A stretch of 64,000 nt of DNA from an uncultured Candidatus Saccharibacteria bacterium (GTDB lineage: Bacteria; Patescibacteriota; Minisyncoccia; Portnoybacterales; UBA2143), in the NCBI GenBank assembly GCA_964629675.1, contig CAZVUG010000009.1, forward strand, positions 17,523-81,522, read 5' to 3'. Under the pieces are notes generated by a model. That model did no database searches and was not told where the DNA came from. It was given only the letters and a program-made list of their open reading frames with translations. This document shows positions 34,516 through 45,531 of the stretch, one piece after another. A program made the translations under genes and the position numbers. Numbering within the stretch: the stretch's first letter is position 1; every line of letters begins with the position of its first letter.

Positions 34516-36918
34516 CTAAATTACTAAATTAACCAGCCTGTTGGGAATATAGATGATTTTTTTTGGTTTTTCCCCGGTTAGCCATTTTTTGATTTTTTCT
34601 TGAGATAAAGCTATTTTTTTAACTTCATTTTCCGAAATACCTCGCTTAACTTCTACTTTATCTCTGACTTTTCCGTTAATTTGAATAATTAATTGCCAGC
34701 TTTCTTCCTTAATTAACTGTTTATTATATTCAGGCCATTTTTCGGTAAAAATGCTTTTGGGATGGCCAATTTTTTCCCATAATTCTTCACTAAGATGAGG
34801 AGCTAAAGGAGCTAAAAGACGCAAAAAAATTTCAGCGTCTTTTTTAACTAAAGTTTGCTCTTTTCCAGCCCAATGATTAATAAATTCCATAAAAGAAGCG
34901 ATCGCTGTATTGAATTTCATTCCTTCTAAATCACTGCTTACTTTTTTAATTAATTGATGCAATTTAGTAATTGAGGCCTTGCTGCTTTCCTTCCCTATTT
35001 TTTCCGGCTGGTTAAATATTTGCCAAATTCTTCCTAAAAATCGAGAGCAGCCCTGAACGCCCCTATTGCTCCAGCTAATCATCTGATCAAAAGGGCCCAT
35101 AAACATCTCGTAGATTCTCAAGGTATCCGCTCCATATTTTTTAATAACATCATCTGGTTTAATAGTGTTGCCAAAACTTTTGCTCATTTTTCGGCCGTCT
35201 TCGGCTAAAATTACTCCATGGGAATAACGCCGTTGATAAGGCTCTTTCGTTGGCACTAATTTTAAGTCGTATAAAAATTTATGCCAAAAGCGTGAGTAAA
35301 GCAGGTGTAAAGTAGTATGCTCCATGCCTCCATTATATAAATCTACTGGCAGCCAATATTTCATTTTTTGATCATCAGCGAATTTCTTAGAATTTTTTGG
35401 ATCAATATATCTTAAAAAATACCAAGAAGAGCCAGCCCAATTAGGCATGGTGTCAGTTTCTCTCTTGGCTGGGCCGCCACATTTAGGACATTTTACCTCC
35501 AGCCAATCTTTCATTTTAGCTAAAGGCGATTCTCCTGTTTGGCTTGGCTGATATTTTTCTATTTGCGGCAGCTTAATAGGCAAGTCTTTTTCTGGCACTG
35601 GAACTGCACCGCATTTAGGGCAATGGATAATTGGAATCGGCTCGCCCCAATAATGCTGCCGGGAAAATATCCAATCCCGCAATTTATACTTAACCGTCCA
35701 TCTGCCTTTTTTATTCTTAATTAAGCTTTCGGTAATTTTTTTAATAGCTTCTTGCGAGGCAAGACCGTTAAAATTATCTGAATTTATTAAAGTGCCGTAA
35801 TCAACATAAGGTTCTTGGGAAATATTGCCGCCAGAAACAACTTCTTTTATTGTTACGCCGTATCTTTGAGCAAATTGCCAGTCTCTTTTATCATGAGCCG
35901 GAACAATCATGACAGCTCCTCCGCCATAAGTGGCGACAACATAGTCACTAACCCAGATAGGAACTTTTTCCTGATTAATTGGATTAAGACAATAAGAACC
36001 AGTAAAAACGCCTGTTTTTTCTTTATCTAATTGAGTCCGTTCAAATTCGCTTTTCTTTTTAGAAGCCAAAACATATTCATTAACTTTATTTTGATTTTCT
36101 TTAGTTGTTAATTTTTCTAAAAGCGGATGTTCCGGAGCAATAACTAAAGCTGTTACGCCAAAAAGAGTGTCTGCTCTGGTGGTAAAAACAGTAATTTTTT
36201 CTTTAGTATCAGTTAACCAGAAGTCAATTTCGCTGCCATAGCTCCGGCCAATCCAATTAATTTGCTGATTTTTAATTTTATCTAAATAGTCGACTTCTTC
36301 TAAATCATCTATTAATCGGTCAGCATATTCAGTAATTTTAAGCATCCATTGCTTAATCATTTTAACTTTAGTTTGCGCGCCGCATCGCTCGCACTTGCCG
36401 CCAATTACTTCTTCATTAGCTAAACCAATTTTGCAGCTTGGACACCAGTTAATTGGCATTTCTGCCTGATAAGCAAGCCCTTTTTTAAAAAATTGCAAAA
36501 ATATCCATTGAGTCCAACGGTAATAATCAGGATCGCTTGTTTTGACTTCCCGCGACCAGTCAAAAGAAAGACCTAAGGATTTCATCTGTTTTTTAAAAAC
36601 TTTAATATTTTCCTTGGTTATTTTAGTCGGATGAATTCCTGTTTTAATGGCATAATTTTCCGTTGGCAGACCAAAAGCATCCCAGCCCATTGGATAGAGA
36701 ACATTATATCCTTCCATTCTTTTCTTTCGGACTAAAGCATCTAAAGCAGCATAGCTTCTGACATGGCCGACATGTAAACCATCTCCCGAAGGATAAGGAA
36801 ATTCTACCATAATATATTTTTTAGGCTTGCGGGAAAAATCTTTAGCTTGGTAGAATTTCTTCTCTTCCCAAAATTTCTGCCATTTATGTTCAATCTTGCT
36901 TGGATTATATTTTTTCAT
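34516..36918 (-). CDS. leuS: Leucyl-tRNA synthetase
   Basis: FPYPSGDGLHVGHVRSY (HIGH) and KMSKSFGN (KMSKS); 800 aa. Confidence 0.95.
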   Translation of the reverse strand: MKKYNPSKIEHKWQKFWEEKKFYQAKDFSRKPKKYIMVEFPYPSGDGLHVGHVRSYAALDALVRKKRMEGYNVLYPMGWDAFGLPTENYAIKTGIHPTKITKENIKVFKKQMKSLGLSFDWSREVKTSDPDYYRWTQWIFLQFFKKGLAYQAEMPINWCPSCKIGLANEEVIGGKCERCGAQTKVKMIKQWMLKITEYADRLIDDLEEVDYLDKIKNQQINWIGRSYGSEIDFWLTDTKEKITVFTTRADTLFGVTALVIAPEHPLLEKLTTKENQNKVNEYVLASKKKSEFERTQLDKEKTGVFTGSYCLNPINQEKVPIWVSDYVVATYGGGAVMIVPAHDKRDWQFAQRYGVTIKEVVSGGNISQEPYVDYGTLINSDNFNGLASQEAIKKITESLIKNKKGRWTVKYKLRDWIFSRQHYWGEPIPIIHCPKCGAVPVPEKDLPIKLPQIEKYQPSQTGESPLAKMKDWLEVKCPKCGGPAKRETDTMPNWAGSSWYFLRYIDPKNSKKFADDQKMKYWLPVDLYNGGMEHTTLHLLYSRFWHKFLYDLKLVPTKEPYQRRYSHGVILAEDGRKMSKSFGNTIKPDDVIKKYGADTLRIYEMFMGPFDQMISWSNRGVQGCSRFLGRIWQIFNQPEKIGKESSKASITKLHQLIKKVSSDLEGMKFNTAIASFMEFINHWAGKEQTLVKKDAEIFLRLLAPLAPHLSEELWEKIGHPKSIFTEKWPEYNKQLIKEESWQLIIQINGKVRDKVEVKRGISENEVKKIALSQEKIKKWLTGEKPKKIIYIPNRLVNLVI

Positions 36919-36920
36919 AA

Positions 36921-37739
36921 TTAAATATTGAATAATTGGCGAGCATTTTTCGTTGTCTGTTGAGCTATTTTGGCAAAACTATCTTCTCTTACCTGAGCTA
37001 TTTTTTCCGCAACATGCTTAACATAGAGAGGCTCATTTCTCTTTCCGCGATGAGGAATTGGCGTTAGGTAAGGGCAATCTGTTTCTAGTAAAATTTTTTC
37101 TAGAGGCAGATTTTTAATAACTTTATCATAATCGCGGGCATAAGTAATTAAACCGTTAAAGCCAAGATGAAAATCCATTTCTAAAAATCTTTCTGCCTGC
37201 GACCACCTCCCCATAAAACAATGGATGACTCCTCTTAATTCCGGGTATTTTTTCTTTGCGCTAGTCAAAATTTCAATTAAATCATTATATGCTTTCCGGC
37301 AGTGGAAAATGATCGGCTTGTTAAATTTCTGAACTAGTTTTATTTGCTCAAGCAAAACTTTCTTTTGTTTTTCTTGGGCTTCCAAACTAATTCCCTCGCC
37401 ATAGTCTAAGCCAACTTCGCCCAAAGCAACTGTTTTAGGATTTTGCAAAAGCTTTTCGTATTTAACCAGATCAAAGATTTCTAATTCCTGACTTTCTTTT
37501 TGTTTATCCTGTTCAAGACTATCCTGATGAACATGAGTCGGATGAATACCAACAGCCGCATAAACGCCTTCTTTGTATTCTTCCGCATATTTAACTGCCT
37601 GGCAACTAGTGCTGTATTGAGTCCCTACGCCAATCAGCCAAATTTTTTCCGCCAAAGATCTTTTAATTACTGCTGAGCGATCATCATTAAAAGCATCAAA
37701 ATTTACATGGGTGTGAGTATCAATCAAGAAAGGAAGCAT
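36921..37739 (-). CDS. tatD: TatD family metal-dependent hydrolase/DNase
   Basis: IDTHTHVNF, GEVGLDY, IFHCR, ETDCPYL motifs. Confidence 0.85.
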   Translation of the reverse strand: MLPFLIDTHTHVNFDAFNDDRSAVIKRSLAEKIWLIGVGTQYSTSCQAVKYAEEYKEGVYAAVGIHPTHVHQDSLEQDKQKESQELEIFDLVKYEKLLQNPKTVALGEVGLDYGEGISLEAQEKQKKVLLEQIKLVQKFNKPIIFHCRKAYNDLIEILTSAKKKYPELRGVIHCFMGRWSQAERFLEMDFHLGFNGLITYARDYDKVIKNLPLEKILLETDCPYLTPIPHRGKRNEPLYVKHVAEKIAQVREDSFAKIAQQTTKNARQLFNI

Positions 37740-37927
37740 ATAAGGATATCATAAGTTATCTTTGCGCCATTTTCAAGCTAAAATAAAAAACGGAAAGTTA
37801 ATCCGCCTTAGCTTTATCACAAATAGAAGACGGCCATTTTTGCTATTGATAAATTAGAAGATCTAATCAGCAAACAATTAATTTAACTTTAATTTTAGGC
37901 ATGCCGTAAAAAACAAACTAATTCCAA

Positions 37928-39337
37928 TTATTTTTCTAATCTAGGAAAAAGAGATTTTTTCTTGCCTTCTTTAATTTGCTTGAGCATTTCTGCAGCAGTT
38001 TCCGGCATAAAAGGCTCTAACAAAGAAGAAATTTCCTTTAAAACGAATAAAAGGCTATCAATAATTTTTGCAAATTTTACCGAATCTTTTTCGCTTAATT
38101 CCCACGGCTTGTTTTTTTCAACATATTCATCAGCAACACTAATTAAATGCCAGATAGATTCTAAGGCTCCGTTAAAATTAATAGCCAACATTGATTTTTG
38201 GTATTTTTCTTGAGCCGATTTAATTTCTTCAGCTAATTGATTAGCTGAAGGCTCATCCGTTTTATTCTTTTCGGCTAAAGTTAAGACGCGAGCCATTAAG
38301 TTGCCTAAACCGTTAGCCAAATCTGCATTATAGCGCTCTTGGAAACGCTTGATTGAGAAATCTCCGTCTTGGCCAAAAGAAATCTCCCGCAGGAGAAAAT
38401 ATCTTAAGGCATCTGTTCCATATTCTTCTGCTAAATAAACTGGATCAACAACATTGCCAATTGTTTTACTCATTTTTTGCCCATCAACTGTAAAAAAGCC
38501 ATGGACAAATATTTTCCGCGGAGGCTGTAAGCCGACAGCTAAAAGTAAGGCTGGCCAAAAAATAGCGTGGAATTTAACTATATCCTTAGCTATTAAATGA
38601 ATTTCCGCTGGCCAAAATTTATCTGTTTCAATAGCTGTTAAATAATTTAATAAAGCGTCTACCCAAACATAGACAGTCTGCTCTTGGTCAAAAGGCAAAG
38701 GAATGCCCCATTTAACTTTTTGCCGAGAGATAGACAAATTGCCTAAGTCTTGCTGAAGCAGAGAGAGAACTTCTTTTCTTCTTTCAGCTGGCTCAATGAC
38801 CATTTTGTTTGTCTCAATCAATTTTCTAACCTGCGGCAAGAAATCTTTTAATTTAAAAAAATAGTTAGTCTCTGAAACTAATTGTGGTTCTTTATGATGG
38901 ACCGGGCATTTACCATCAACTAAATCTTTCTGGAAGATAAAATCTTCGCAATAAGGACAATATAAGGCTCGGTATTCATCTTGATAAATATTTCCTGATT
39001 TATATAGTTTTGTTAGAAAATCAGTTACCCCCCGCTGATGCTTAGAGTCAGTCGTCCGAATGAAATAATCATATTTAATATTAAGCTTTTCCCAAGCTTT
39101 TTTAAATTTAGCCGACATCTGATCAACAAATTTTTGCGGTGTTTGATTTAATTTTTCGGCTGATTGGGCAATATGTTCTCCGTGCTCATCAGTCCCCGTC
39201 AAAAAGAAAACATCTTCTCCTAACTTTCGGTGATAACGGGCCAAAACATCAGCTGCTACCGTTGTGTAGGCTGTTCCTAAATGAGGCGGATGATTAGTAT
39301 AATAAATTGGCGTTGTGATATAAAATTTTTTAGGCAT
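37928..39337 (-). CDS. metG: Methionyl-tRNA synthetase (short form)
   Basis: TTPIYYTNHPPHLGTAY (HIGH-like) and KMSKTIGN. ATG at 39337 is preferred to the TTG at 39355. Confidence 0.92.
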   Translation of the reverse strand: MPKKFYITTPIYYTNHPPHLGTAYTTVAADVLARYHRKLGEDVFFLTGTDEHGEHIAQSAEKLNQTPQKFVDQMSAKFKKAWEKLNIKYDYFIRTTDSKHQRGVTDFLTKLYKSGNIYQDEYRALYCPYCEDFIFQKDLVDGKCPVHHKEPQLVSETNYFFKLKDFLPQVRKLIETNKMVIEPAERRKEVLSLLQQDLGNLSISRQKVKWGIPLPFDQEQTVYVWVDALLNYLTAIETDKFWPAEIHLIAKDIVKFHAIFWPALLLAVGLQPPRKIFVHGFFTVDGQKMSKTIGNVVDPVYLAEEYGTDALRYFLLREISFGQDGDFSIKRFQERYNADLANGLGNLMARVLTLAEKNKTDEPSANQLAEEIKSAQEKYQKSMLAINFNGALESIWHLISVADEYVEKNKPWELSEKDSVKFAKIIDSLLFVLKEISSLLEPFMPETAAEMLKQIKEGKKKSLFPRLEK

Positions 39338-39983
39338 GTTTAACAACAATAACAAATTCTCCTTTGGGCTTAATTTGTTTCATAACTTTTTGAACTTGGC
39401 CGCGATAAATTGTTTCGAATTTCTTAGTTAGCTCCCGACAGACAACAACTTCTGCTTGCGGATTTAATTCAGCCAAACTTTTGTTAATCCGGTGAGGCGA
39501 TTCATAAAAAACAACCGTGTATTTTGCTTTTTCAATTTCTTGAAAAAACTTTTTTCTTTTCTTTTTTACCGGTGGGAAACCTAAAAAAAGAAATTTATCA
39601 GCCGGCCAGCCAGCAATACTCAAGGCAGCTGCTAAAGCTGTTGGTCCAGGAATAGGCGTAATTTTCAATAAAGGTTTTTCTTTAAGTAAAAATTCAATTA
39701 ATTTGCTTCCTGGATCGCTGATAGACGGCGTTCCGGCATCAGAAACTAAAGCTAACTTTTTACCTTTTTGTATTTGCTCTAAAATATATTTTTCTTTTTT
39801 AAGGCTGCTATGCTGATGATAACTCAAAACAGGCTTGGCAATTTGATAATAGCTTAATAGTTTTTTAGTAACTCGCGTATCTTCGCAAAGAATTAAATCT
39901 ACTTGATTTAAAGTATTCTTGAAGCGGGGAGAAGCATCTTGCAAATTTCCAATAGGCGTTGCTAAAACAAATAATTCGCTCAT
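39330..39983 (-). CDS. rsmI: 16S rRNA (cytidine1402-2'-O)-methyltransferase RsmI
   Basis: LFVLATPIGNLQDASPR...ILCEDTR...SDAGTPSISDPG. ATG at 39983 is preferred over the ORF-track start at 40019. Confidence 0.85.
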   Translation of the reverse strand: MSELFVLATPIGNLQDASPRFKNTLNQVDLILCEDTRVTKKLLSYYQIAKPVLSYHQHSSLKKEKYILEQIQKGKKLALVSDAGTPSISDPGSKLIEFLLKEKPLLKITPIPGPTALAAALSIAGWPADKFLFLGFPPVKKKRKKFFQEIEKAKYTVVFYESPHRINKSLAELNPQAEVVVCRELTKKFETIYRGQVQKVMKQIKPKGEFVIVVKHA

Positions 39984-40049
39984 AGCTTTATTGTATACAA
40001 AAACCGCCCTTCTTGACAAGGACGGCTAAATTCAAGCCTAGATTGATTT

Positions 40050-41063
40050 TTATTCATTTCTTCTAATACTTTTAAAAAATTCTGAGATCGAAGCCGCTAA
40101 AGGAACGGATAAAACAATTCCAATAATACCAGCTAGCTTTGCTCCAATCAGCATAACAATAATAATAACAACTGGATTAAGACCGATTGTTTTTTTCATT
40201 ACCTGCGGCACCAAAACGTAATTTTCTAATTGCTGGATAACAATATAAAGAATAATTACCAAAAGGGCCAAAAAAGGATACTGGAAGAAAGCTAAAATAG
40301 CTGCTGGAATTGCCGCCAAAATAGGCCCAACATAAGGAATAATTTCCAGAAGGCCAGCCAACAAAGCAAGAGCTAAGGCATATTCTACTCCTAGAAGAGA
40401 AAGTCCAATAAAAGTTAAAACGCCAATAATAATCATTAGTAATATCTGGCCTCTTAGCCATTTTCCGATCTTGCTTTGAATTTGATCAATTAAATTAGAG
40501 AGATAATCTCGGTGTTCGGAAGGAGTTAAAGAAAGTAAAAGCCCTTTAATGCCTTTTTCCTGCAGAGAAAGATAAATAGAAATAACTAAAACTAATAAAG
40601 CTGAAAAAATACCGCCGAAAAATCCAGTGATCTTATTAAAGATACCTTCAGTTGATTGACTTAAGCTATTCCCCATGCCGTTTAGAAAACTTTGTAAATT
40701 TGCGTCCAGCTTATATTCAGACCACCATTTTTGAATACTCAGGCCAGTCTTGTTAATAAAATCAGGCAAAACATCAGCTAGATGCTTAACTTGCTCTGCT
40801 AAAGTTGGGAAAATTAAAGTAACAATTAAAGCTAAAATCAGCAAAGCAAAAAGATAAACAAAAACAACGCCTAAAATACGAGGTATTTTTCGCTGCTGCA
40901 GCCAAACGATCGGCCCATTTGCTGCTGCAGCAATAATAATAGCGATAAAAACCGTTAACAAGATATCAGCAATAATATACAAAAAAATAAAGCCAAGCAA
41001 AATTAAAATAAACCGAAAAATAGTCGATGTCGAAATATTAATTATTTGCTGATTATTGTTCAT
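40050..41063 (-). CDS. AI-2E family transporter (PerM/YhhT-like)
   Basis: 337 aa, about 8 TM segments; LLEIIPYVGPILAAIPA motif. Confidence 0.7.
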   Translation of the reverse strand: MNNNQQIINISTSTIFRFILILLGFIFLYIIADILLTVFIAIIIAAAANGPIVWLQQRKIPRILGVVFVYLFALLILALIVTLIFPTLAEQVKHLADVLPDFINKTGLSIQKWWSEYKLDANLQSFLNGMGNSLSQSTEGIFNKITGFFGGIFSALLVLVISIYLSLQEKGIKGLLLSLTPSEHRDYLSNLIDQIQSKIGKWLRGQILLMIIIGVLTFIGLSLLGVEYALALALLAGLLEIIPYVGPILAAIPAAILAFFQYPFLALLVIILYIVIQQLENYVLVPQVMKKTIGLNPVVIIIVMLIGAKLAGIIGIVLSVPLAASISEFFKSIRRNE

Positions 41064-42325
41064 AAATTAAGGATTTTTTCAAATCGCTGCTTATCTTTAA
41101 AAGGTCCGATAAGGGCCAAATTTAATTTTTCTGGCTTAAAGATATCCCTGGCTACTCTCTGGATATCATTAACCGTTACTTTATCAATTTTAGCGAATTT
41201 TTCTTCAATAGTCAAAATCTTTTCTGTTAAAAGCTCTTGCGAAGCAACAAAAGAAGCTTGCGAATCAGATGATTCCATTTCTATTAAAGTGCTCCCTTTG
41301 ATATATTCTTTTGCTTTTTTTAATTCTGCTGAACTGACTTTTTCTCGAGATATTTTTTGGAATTCTTTGAGAATAGTCTGAATAGCCTTATCTACCTTAG
41401 AATTGTCGACGCCAGCCCTGGCAAATAATGAACCTGCATCCGTATCTGCATCAATTGCTGAGCTAATATGATAGGCTAATCCCTGCCTCTCTCTAACTGA
41501 AATAAAGAGGCGAGAACTCATGTTTCCCCCAAGAATAACGCTGAGCAAGCCCAAGGCATATCTATCTGGATGAAAAATATCATAAGCGCGCACGCCTAAA
41601 TGAAGATGTGTTTGATCAGTTTCTTTAAAGTTAATTAAAGATTGTGGTTTAGCTTGTTTTTCTTGGACTTTTACTTTTCCTTGATTTTCTGCTGTATTAA
41701 TATTTTTGAAATATCCTTTTAATTGCTCAATTACTTTAGGCTGATTAATTTGTCCGGCAACGGCAACAACTGTGTTATTAGCAGAATAATGAGTTTTTAG
41801 ATAATCAAGGAATTGATCTCTTTGGAAACTTTTGATATTTTCTTCTGTGCCAATTATTTTCCAGCCAGCCGGCTGATCGCCGTAGAGAAGTTCAGTCCAA
41901 ATATCGGAAATGTGCTGACTAGGCATATCTAAATACATTTTAAGCTCCTGAAGGATAGTCCCTTTCTCGCGATCAATTTCTTCCTGCTCTATTTTAGAAT
42001 TTAAATAAATATCAGAGACCCAGTCTAAAGCTGTCTCTAAATGGTCAGCATTAACTTTAGCCCAATAGCCGGTATACTCCTGAGAAGTAAAGGCATTATA
42101 CTGCCCGCCGATTTTATCTAAAGGTTCAATTAATTTTAAAGTGTTCGGTCGCTTTTTAGTCCCCTTAAAAAACATGTGCTCTAAAAAATGAGAAAGGCCG
42201 TTTATTTCCCTAACTTCGTATTTAGAGCCAGCACCTACGAGCAACAGGACTGAGGCAGTCTTTGTACCTTTCATCGGAATAGTTAAAATCCTTAAATTGT
42301 TATCCAAAACAGTTTTTTTAAACAT
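41060..42325 (-). CDS. M16 family (pitrilysin/insulinase-like) zinc peptidase
   Basis: GLSHFLEHMFFKGT inverted zinc motif (HxxEH). Confidence 0.8.
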   Translation of the reverse strand: MFKKTVLDNNLRILTIPMKGTKTASVLLLVGAGSKYEVREINGLSHFLEHMFFKGTKKRPNTLKLIEPLDKIGGQYNAFTSQEYTGYWAKVNADHLETALDWVSDIYLNSKIEQEEIDREKGTILQELKMYLDMPSQHISDIWTELLYGDQPAGWKIIGTEENIKSFQRDQFLDYLKTHYSANNTVVAVAGQINQPKVIEQLKGYFKNINTAENQGKVKVQEKQAKPQSLINFKETDQTHLHLGVRAYDIFHPDRYALGLLSVILGGNMSSRLFISVRERQGLAYHISSAIDADTDAGSLFARAGVDNSKVDKAIQTILKEFQKISREKVSSAELKKAKEYIKGSTLIEMESSDSQASFVASQELLTEKILTIEEKFAKIDKVTVNDIQRVARDIFKPEKLNLALIGPFKDKQRFEKILNL

Positions 42326-42329
42326 AATC

Positions 42330-43625
42330 TTATTTCTTTAAATAACTTTCTAAATTATTAATATTAACTCTTTCTTGCTTCATTGTATCTCTGTCTCTGA
42401 CAGTAACATCATTGTTTTGTAAACTGTCAAAATCAACTGTTAGACAATGAGGAGTGCCAACTTCGTCATGGCGGCGATAACGCTTGCCAATACTGCCATT
42501 TTGATCAAAATCCATTGTAAATTTATCTTTCAAAAAATCAAAAACTTCTCTGGCTTTTTTAATTAGTTCAGGACGATTTTTTAATAAAGGGAAAACGGCC
42601 GCTTTATAAGGAGCTATTGTTGGCTTAAATTTTAAGACTATTCTTTTTTCTCCATTATCTAATTTTTCTTCTTGATAAGCTTCAGCTAAAAGAGCTAAGA
42701 AAGTCCGGTCTACGCCGAAAGTTGGTTCAATGACATGAGGGATATACCTCTTTTTTTTCTGATCGTCAAAATATTCCATACTTTCCCCCGAGCTATTTTG
42801 ATGGCAGGAAAGATCATAATTAGCACGATAGGCAATAGCCCAAAGTTCGTCTCGGCCAAAAGGAAATTGGTATTCTATATCTACTGTCCTCTGCGAATAA
42901 AAAGCCCTCTCTTCTGCCGAAATTTGATTATCGTAAAAATTTTCCCGACTAAGGCCAATTAAATCAGCAAAGCCGTAAATATATGACAGCCAATTATCAA
43001 AAATTACATTCCAATCAGCGTTATCTTCGATAAAATATTCTATCTCCATCTGTTCAAATTCAATTGTCCGAAAAATAAATTGCTTTGTCGTAATTTCATT
43101 ACGGAAAGACTTGCCTATTTGGCCAATACCAAAAGGAATTTTTTTGTTGCTGGAATTTAAAACATTTTTAAAATTAACAAAAATTGCTTGGGCTGTTTCC
43201 GGACGAAGATAAGTTGTTATGCCTTCTTTCTCGACTGGCCCGATATTAGTTTTGAATAAACCGCTAAAAGTTTTTTGCTTTGTCAGTTCTCCACCACATT
43301 CCGGACAACAAGAAGAATCTTTTAATTTATCCGGCCTAAATCTTTGATGGCATTTCTTGCATTCAACCAAAGCGTCTTTAAAATTTTTAATATGCCCGCT
43401 AGCTTCCCACACTTTCGGATTTAAAATAACGCTCCCGTCTAAACCGACCATATCTTCTCTGTCTTGAACAAAATATTTCCACCAGAGATTCTTAATATTA
43501 TTTTTTAATTCTACTCCCAAAGGCCCATAATCCCAGGTACTAGCTAAGCCGCCATAAATTTCTGATCCAGGATAGACAAATCCGCGCCTTTTGCAAAGAG
43601 AAACTATTTCTTCTAAAGATGGCAT
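42330..43625 (-). CDS. glyQS: Glycyl-tRNA synthetase (class II, GlyQS type)
   Basis: RGFVYPGSEIYGGLASTWDYGPLG, LRPETAQ, FRNEITTKQFIFRTIEFEQMEIEYF motifs. Confidence 0.92.
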   Translation of the reverse strand: MPSLEEIVSLCKRRGFVYPGSEIYGGLASTWDYGPLGVELKNNIKNLWWKYFVQDREDMVGLDGSVILNPKVWEASGHIKNFKDALVECKKCHQRFRPDKLKDSSCCPECGGELTKQKTFSGLFKTNIGPVEKEGITTYLRPETAQAIFVNFKNVLNSSNKKIPFGIGQIGKSFRNEITTKQFIFRTIEFEQMEIEYFIEDNADWNVIFDNWLSYIYGFADLIGLSRENFYDNQISAEERAFYSQRTVDIEYQFPFGRDELWAIAYRANYDLSCHQNSSGESMEYFDDQKKKRYIPHVIEPTFGVDRTFLALLAEAYQEEKLDNGEKRIVLKFKPTIAPYKAAVFPLLKNRPELIKKAREVFDFLKDKFTMDFDQNGSIGKRYRRHDEVGTPHCLTVDFDSLQNNDVTVRDRDTMKQERVNINNLESYLKK

Positions 43626-43646
43626 AATTTAAAAAATTAATTATTT

Positions 43647-45518
43647 CTATTTAACAACTGTCCCTTCGGCTAAATTAATATTCAGATCGTCAGGCAAGCT
43701 TGTGTCAATAATTCTGCTTGTATCAATTAATTCTAAGGAAGTAAAATTATCATGACCAGTTACTTTTGTCTGACCAATTAATTCCATCAAACTTCCTAAA
43801 TGAACCTGACTTGGCGTAATCGAAACTCGAAAAGAAACTTCTTTAACTGGCGAAAGAAAGCCAGTTAAAGAAGGCAAATCTCCCACTTGCCAAACCAGTT
43901 TGCCGGTTGAAGACTGATATCTTAAATCTGCTGAATTAGGACTTTTTTGATTAAGCCATTTGACATGCGGCGGCAAAGAAGCCTCAACAACAACTGAGCT
44001 TAAATCATTAATTGAATTAAGCAAACGCCATTTAATAGTGTAAGTTGTTGTTTCTCCGACCTTCGGCGGAATTGGCCCGCTACCAGGCATAGCTTCGTCA
44101 TGGTAATAACCTTGTGATTTTATCCGCAAACCACTAGCTATCTTTGTTACCAACTGGCTTCGGCCGCTAATTTCAATGTCTCTTAAGGCAATTGGTTTAT
44201 CTGATGAATCTATTTCAACGGTATTAGTGATAGTGAAATTTTTATCGCTATAATTATTAATTGGAATAGGATCTTTAATCTTAACAGAAAATTTTATTGC
44301 CCCTTTTTGATGAGGGCCCAAATATTCTAGTAGGGGCAGATTGCTTGCCTTCCAGCTAATAGCTTGTTTTTCGCTATCAAAAGAGCCTTCCTGTAAATCA
44401 AGCTCTTCAAAATTTAAGGCAGCGCCTTCTATTTTTGCATTGATAACAATATTGCTGATGCCTACATCAGTTGTATTCTCAAAATTTATTTGATAATTTA
44501 GTTTATCTCCTGCTCGAGTAATATATTGTTCGGCATTATTTATTGTTTGACTGACAAATAAAGGAGACAAGGAGATGGTTAAAGATCTGGCTGTCTGCGT
44601 ATAAGGAATTTTCTCCCCCTCTTTTTCTTTAGCTAATTGAGCCTTAAATGATTTGCTTTCTCCTTTTTCTCCTTCAATGTTCCCGCGCATAAAAATCCTG
44701 CTTTCTTCACCAGCTAACAAGCTGTCAATTTGCCAGAGATTATCTTCTTTTGCTTCCGGATCAGCTGAAGTTAAAGTAAAGCCCTGCGGAAATTCCATTG
44801 ATATTTCCAAATCTTCAAGAGAAGTTTCTCCTTGATTAATATACCTTAAGGAAAAATCAAAAGACTGCCCGCTAACTAATTTTTCCGGAAGACTAAAATC
44901 AACCATTAGGGGCACTGAAAAAATAATTGTTGAAAATTCTGCCTGATTACTGAAGCGAGAGCTAATTTTTTCCGGTTGATAGCTTAATTCCGCCTTTACT
45001 TCTTTAGCTTCTTGCTTAAAGCCGACAATTCGGACTGGCAGTTTAATTTGGCTTTCTTGCGAAGGCTGCAAATCAGGCAAGTCAAATGTCTGAACTAGAT
45101 CCTGCTGATTAGGAACAATAGAATTCTCCGGATAATAAAAAGTTAATTGAATGTCTTCTAAAGTTGTCCGCGTATTATTCCGATAGATGACTACATAGTT
45201 TACCTCTTCCCCACTAACTGTTCTATCTGGACCCTCAATTTTAATTTCTACTTTTTTTTCGTCGAAAGAAGTTAATCCCCACCAAGCTAAAAAAGCAATT
45301 AAGCCTAGGGAAACAACGATAGCTAAAGCTCCGCCAATTTGCCAATATTTTTTTCGATTAAACAAAGGAGCTTTTTGGGGTTTTTTCTCTATTTCCCATT
45401 TTTCCGGAACATATTTTTCTTCCTTCTGAGGAGATTTAAAAATCTCTGATTTCTTTAATCTATCTTCTAACTCTGATTCCGGCTTATAAATTTTCTTTTT
45501 TAGTTCTTCTAATTCCAT
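43647..45518 (-). CDS. Membrane-anchored surface protein with about four Ig-like (DUF11/CARDB-like) repeats, hypothetical
   Basis: Charged N-terminus, one TM (ALAIVVSLGLIAFLAWW), then repeated beta-rich modules (EVNYVVIYRNNT.., SFDFSLRYINQG.., KLNYQINFENTT.., TTYTIKWRLLNS..). Confidence 0.5.
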   Translation of the reverse strand: MELEELKKKIYKPESELEDRLKKSEIFKSPQKEEKYVPEKWEIEKKPQKAPLFNRKKYWQIGGALAIVVSLGLIAFLAWWGLTSFDEKKVEIKIEGPDRTVSGEEVNYVVIYRNNTRTTLEDIQLTFYYPENSIVPNQQDLVQTFDLPDLQPSQESQIKLPVRIVGFKQEAKEVKAELSYQPEKISSRFSNQAEFSTIIFSVPLMVDFSLPEKLVSGQSFDFSLRYINQGETSLEDLEISMEFPQGFTLTSADPEAKEDNLWQIDSLLAGEESRIFMRGNIEGEKGESKSFKAQLAKEKEGEKIPYTQTARSLTISLSPLFVSQTINNAEQYITRAGDKLNYQINFENTTDVGISNIVINAKIEGAALNFEELDLQEGSFDSEKQAISWKASNLPLLEYLGPHQKGAIKFSVKIKDPIPINNYSDKNFTITNTVEIDSSDKPIALRDIEISGRSQLVTKIASGLRIKSQGYYHDEAMPGSGPIPPKVGETTTYTIKWRLLNSINDLSSVVVEASLPPHVKWLNQKSPNSADLRYQSSTGKLVWQVGDLPSLTGFLSPVKEVSFRVSITPSQVHLGSLMELIGQTKVTGHDNFTSLELIDTSRIIDTSLPDDLNINLAEGTVVK

Positions 45519-45531
45519 AAATAGATTCTTT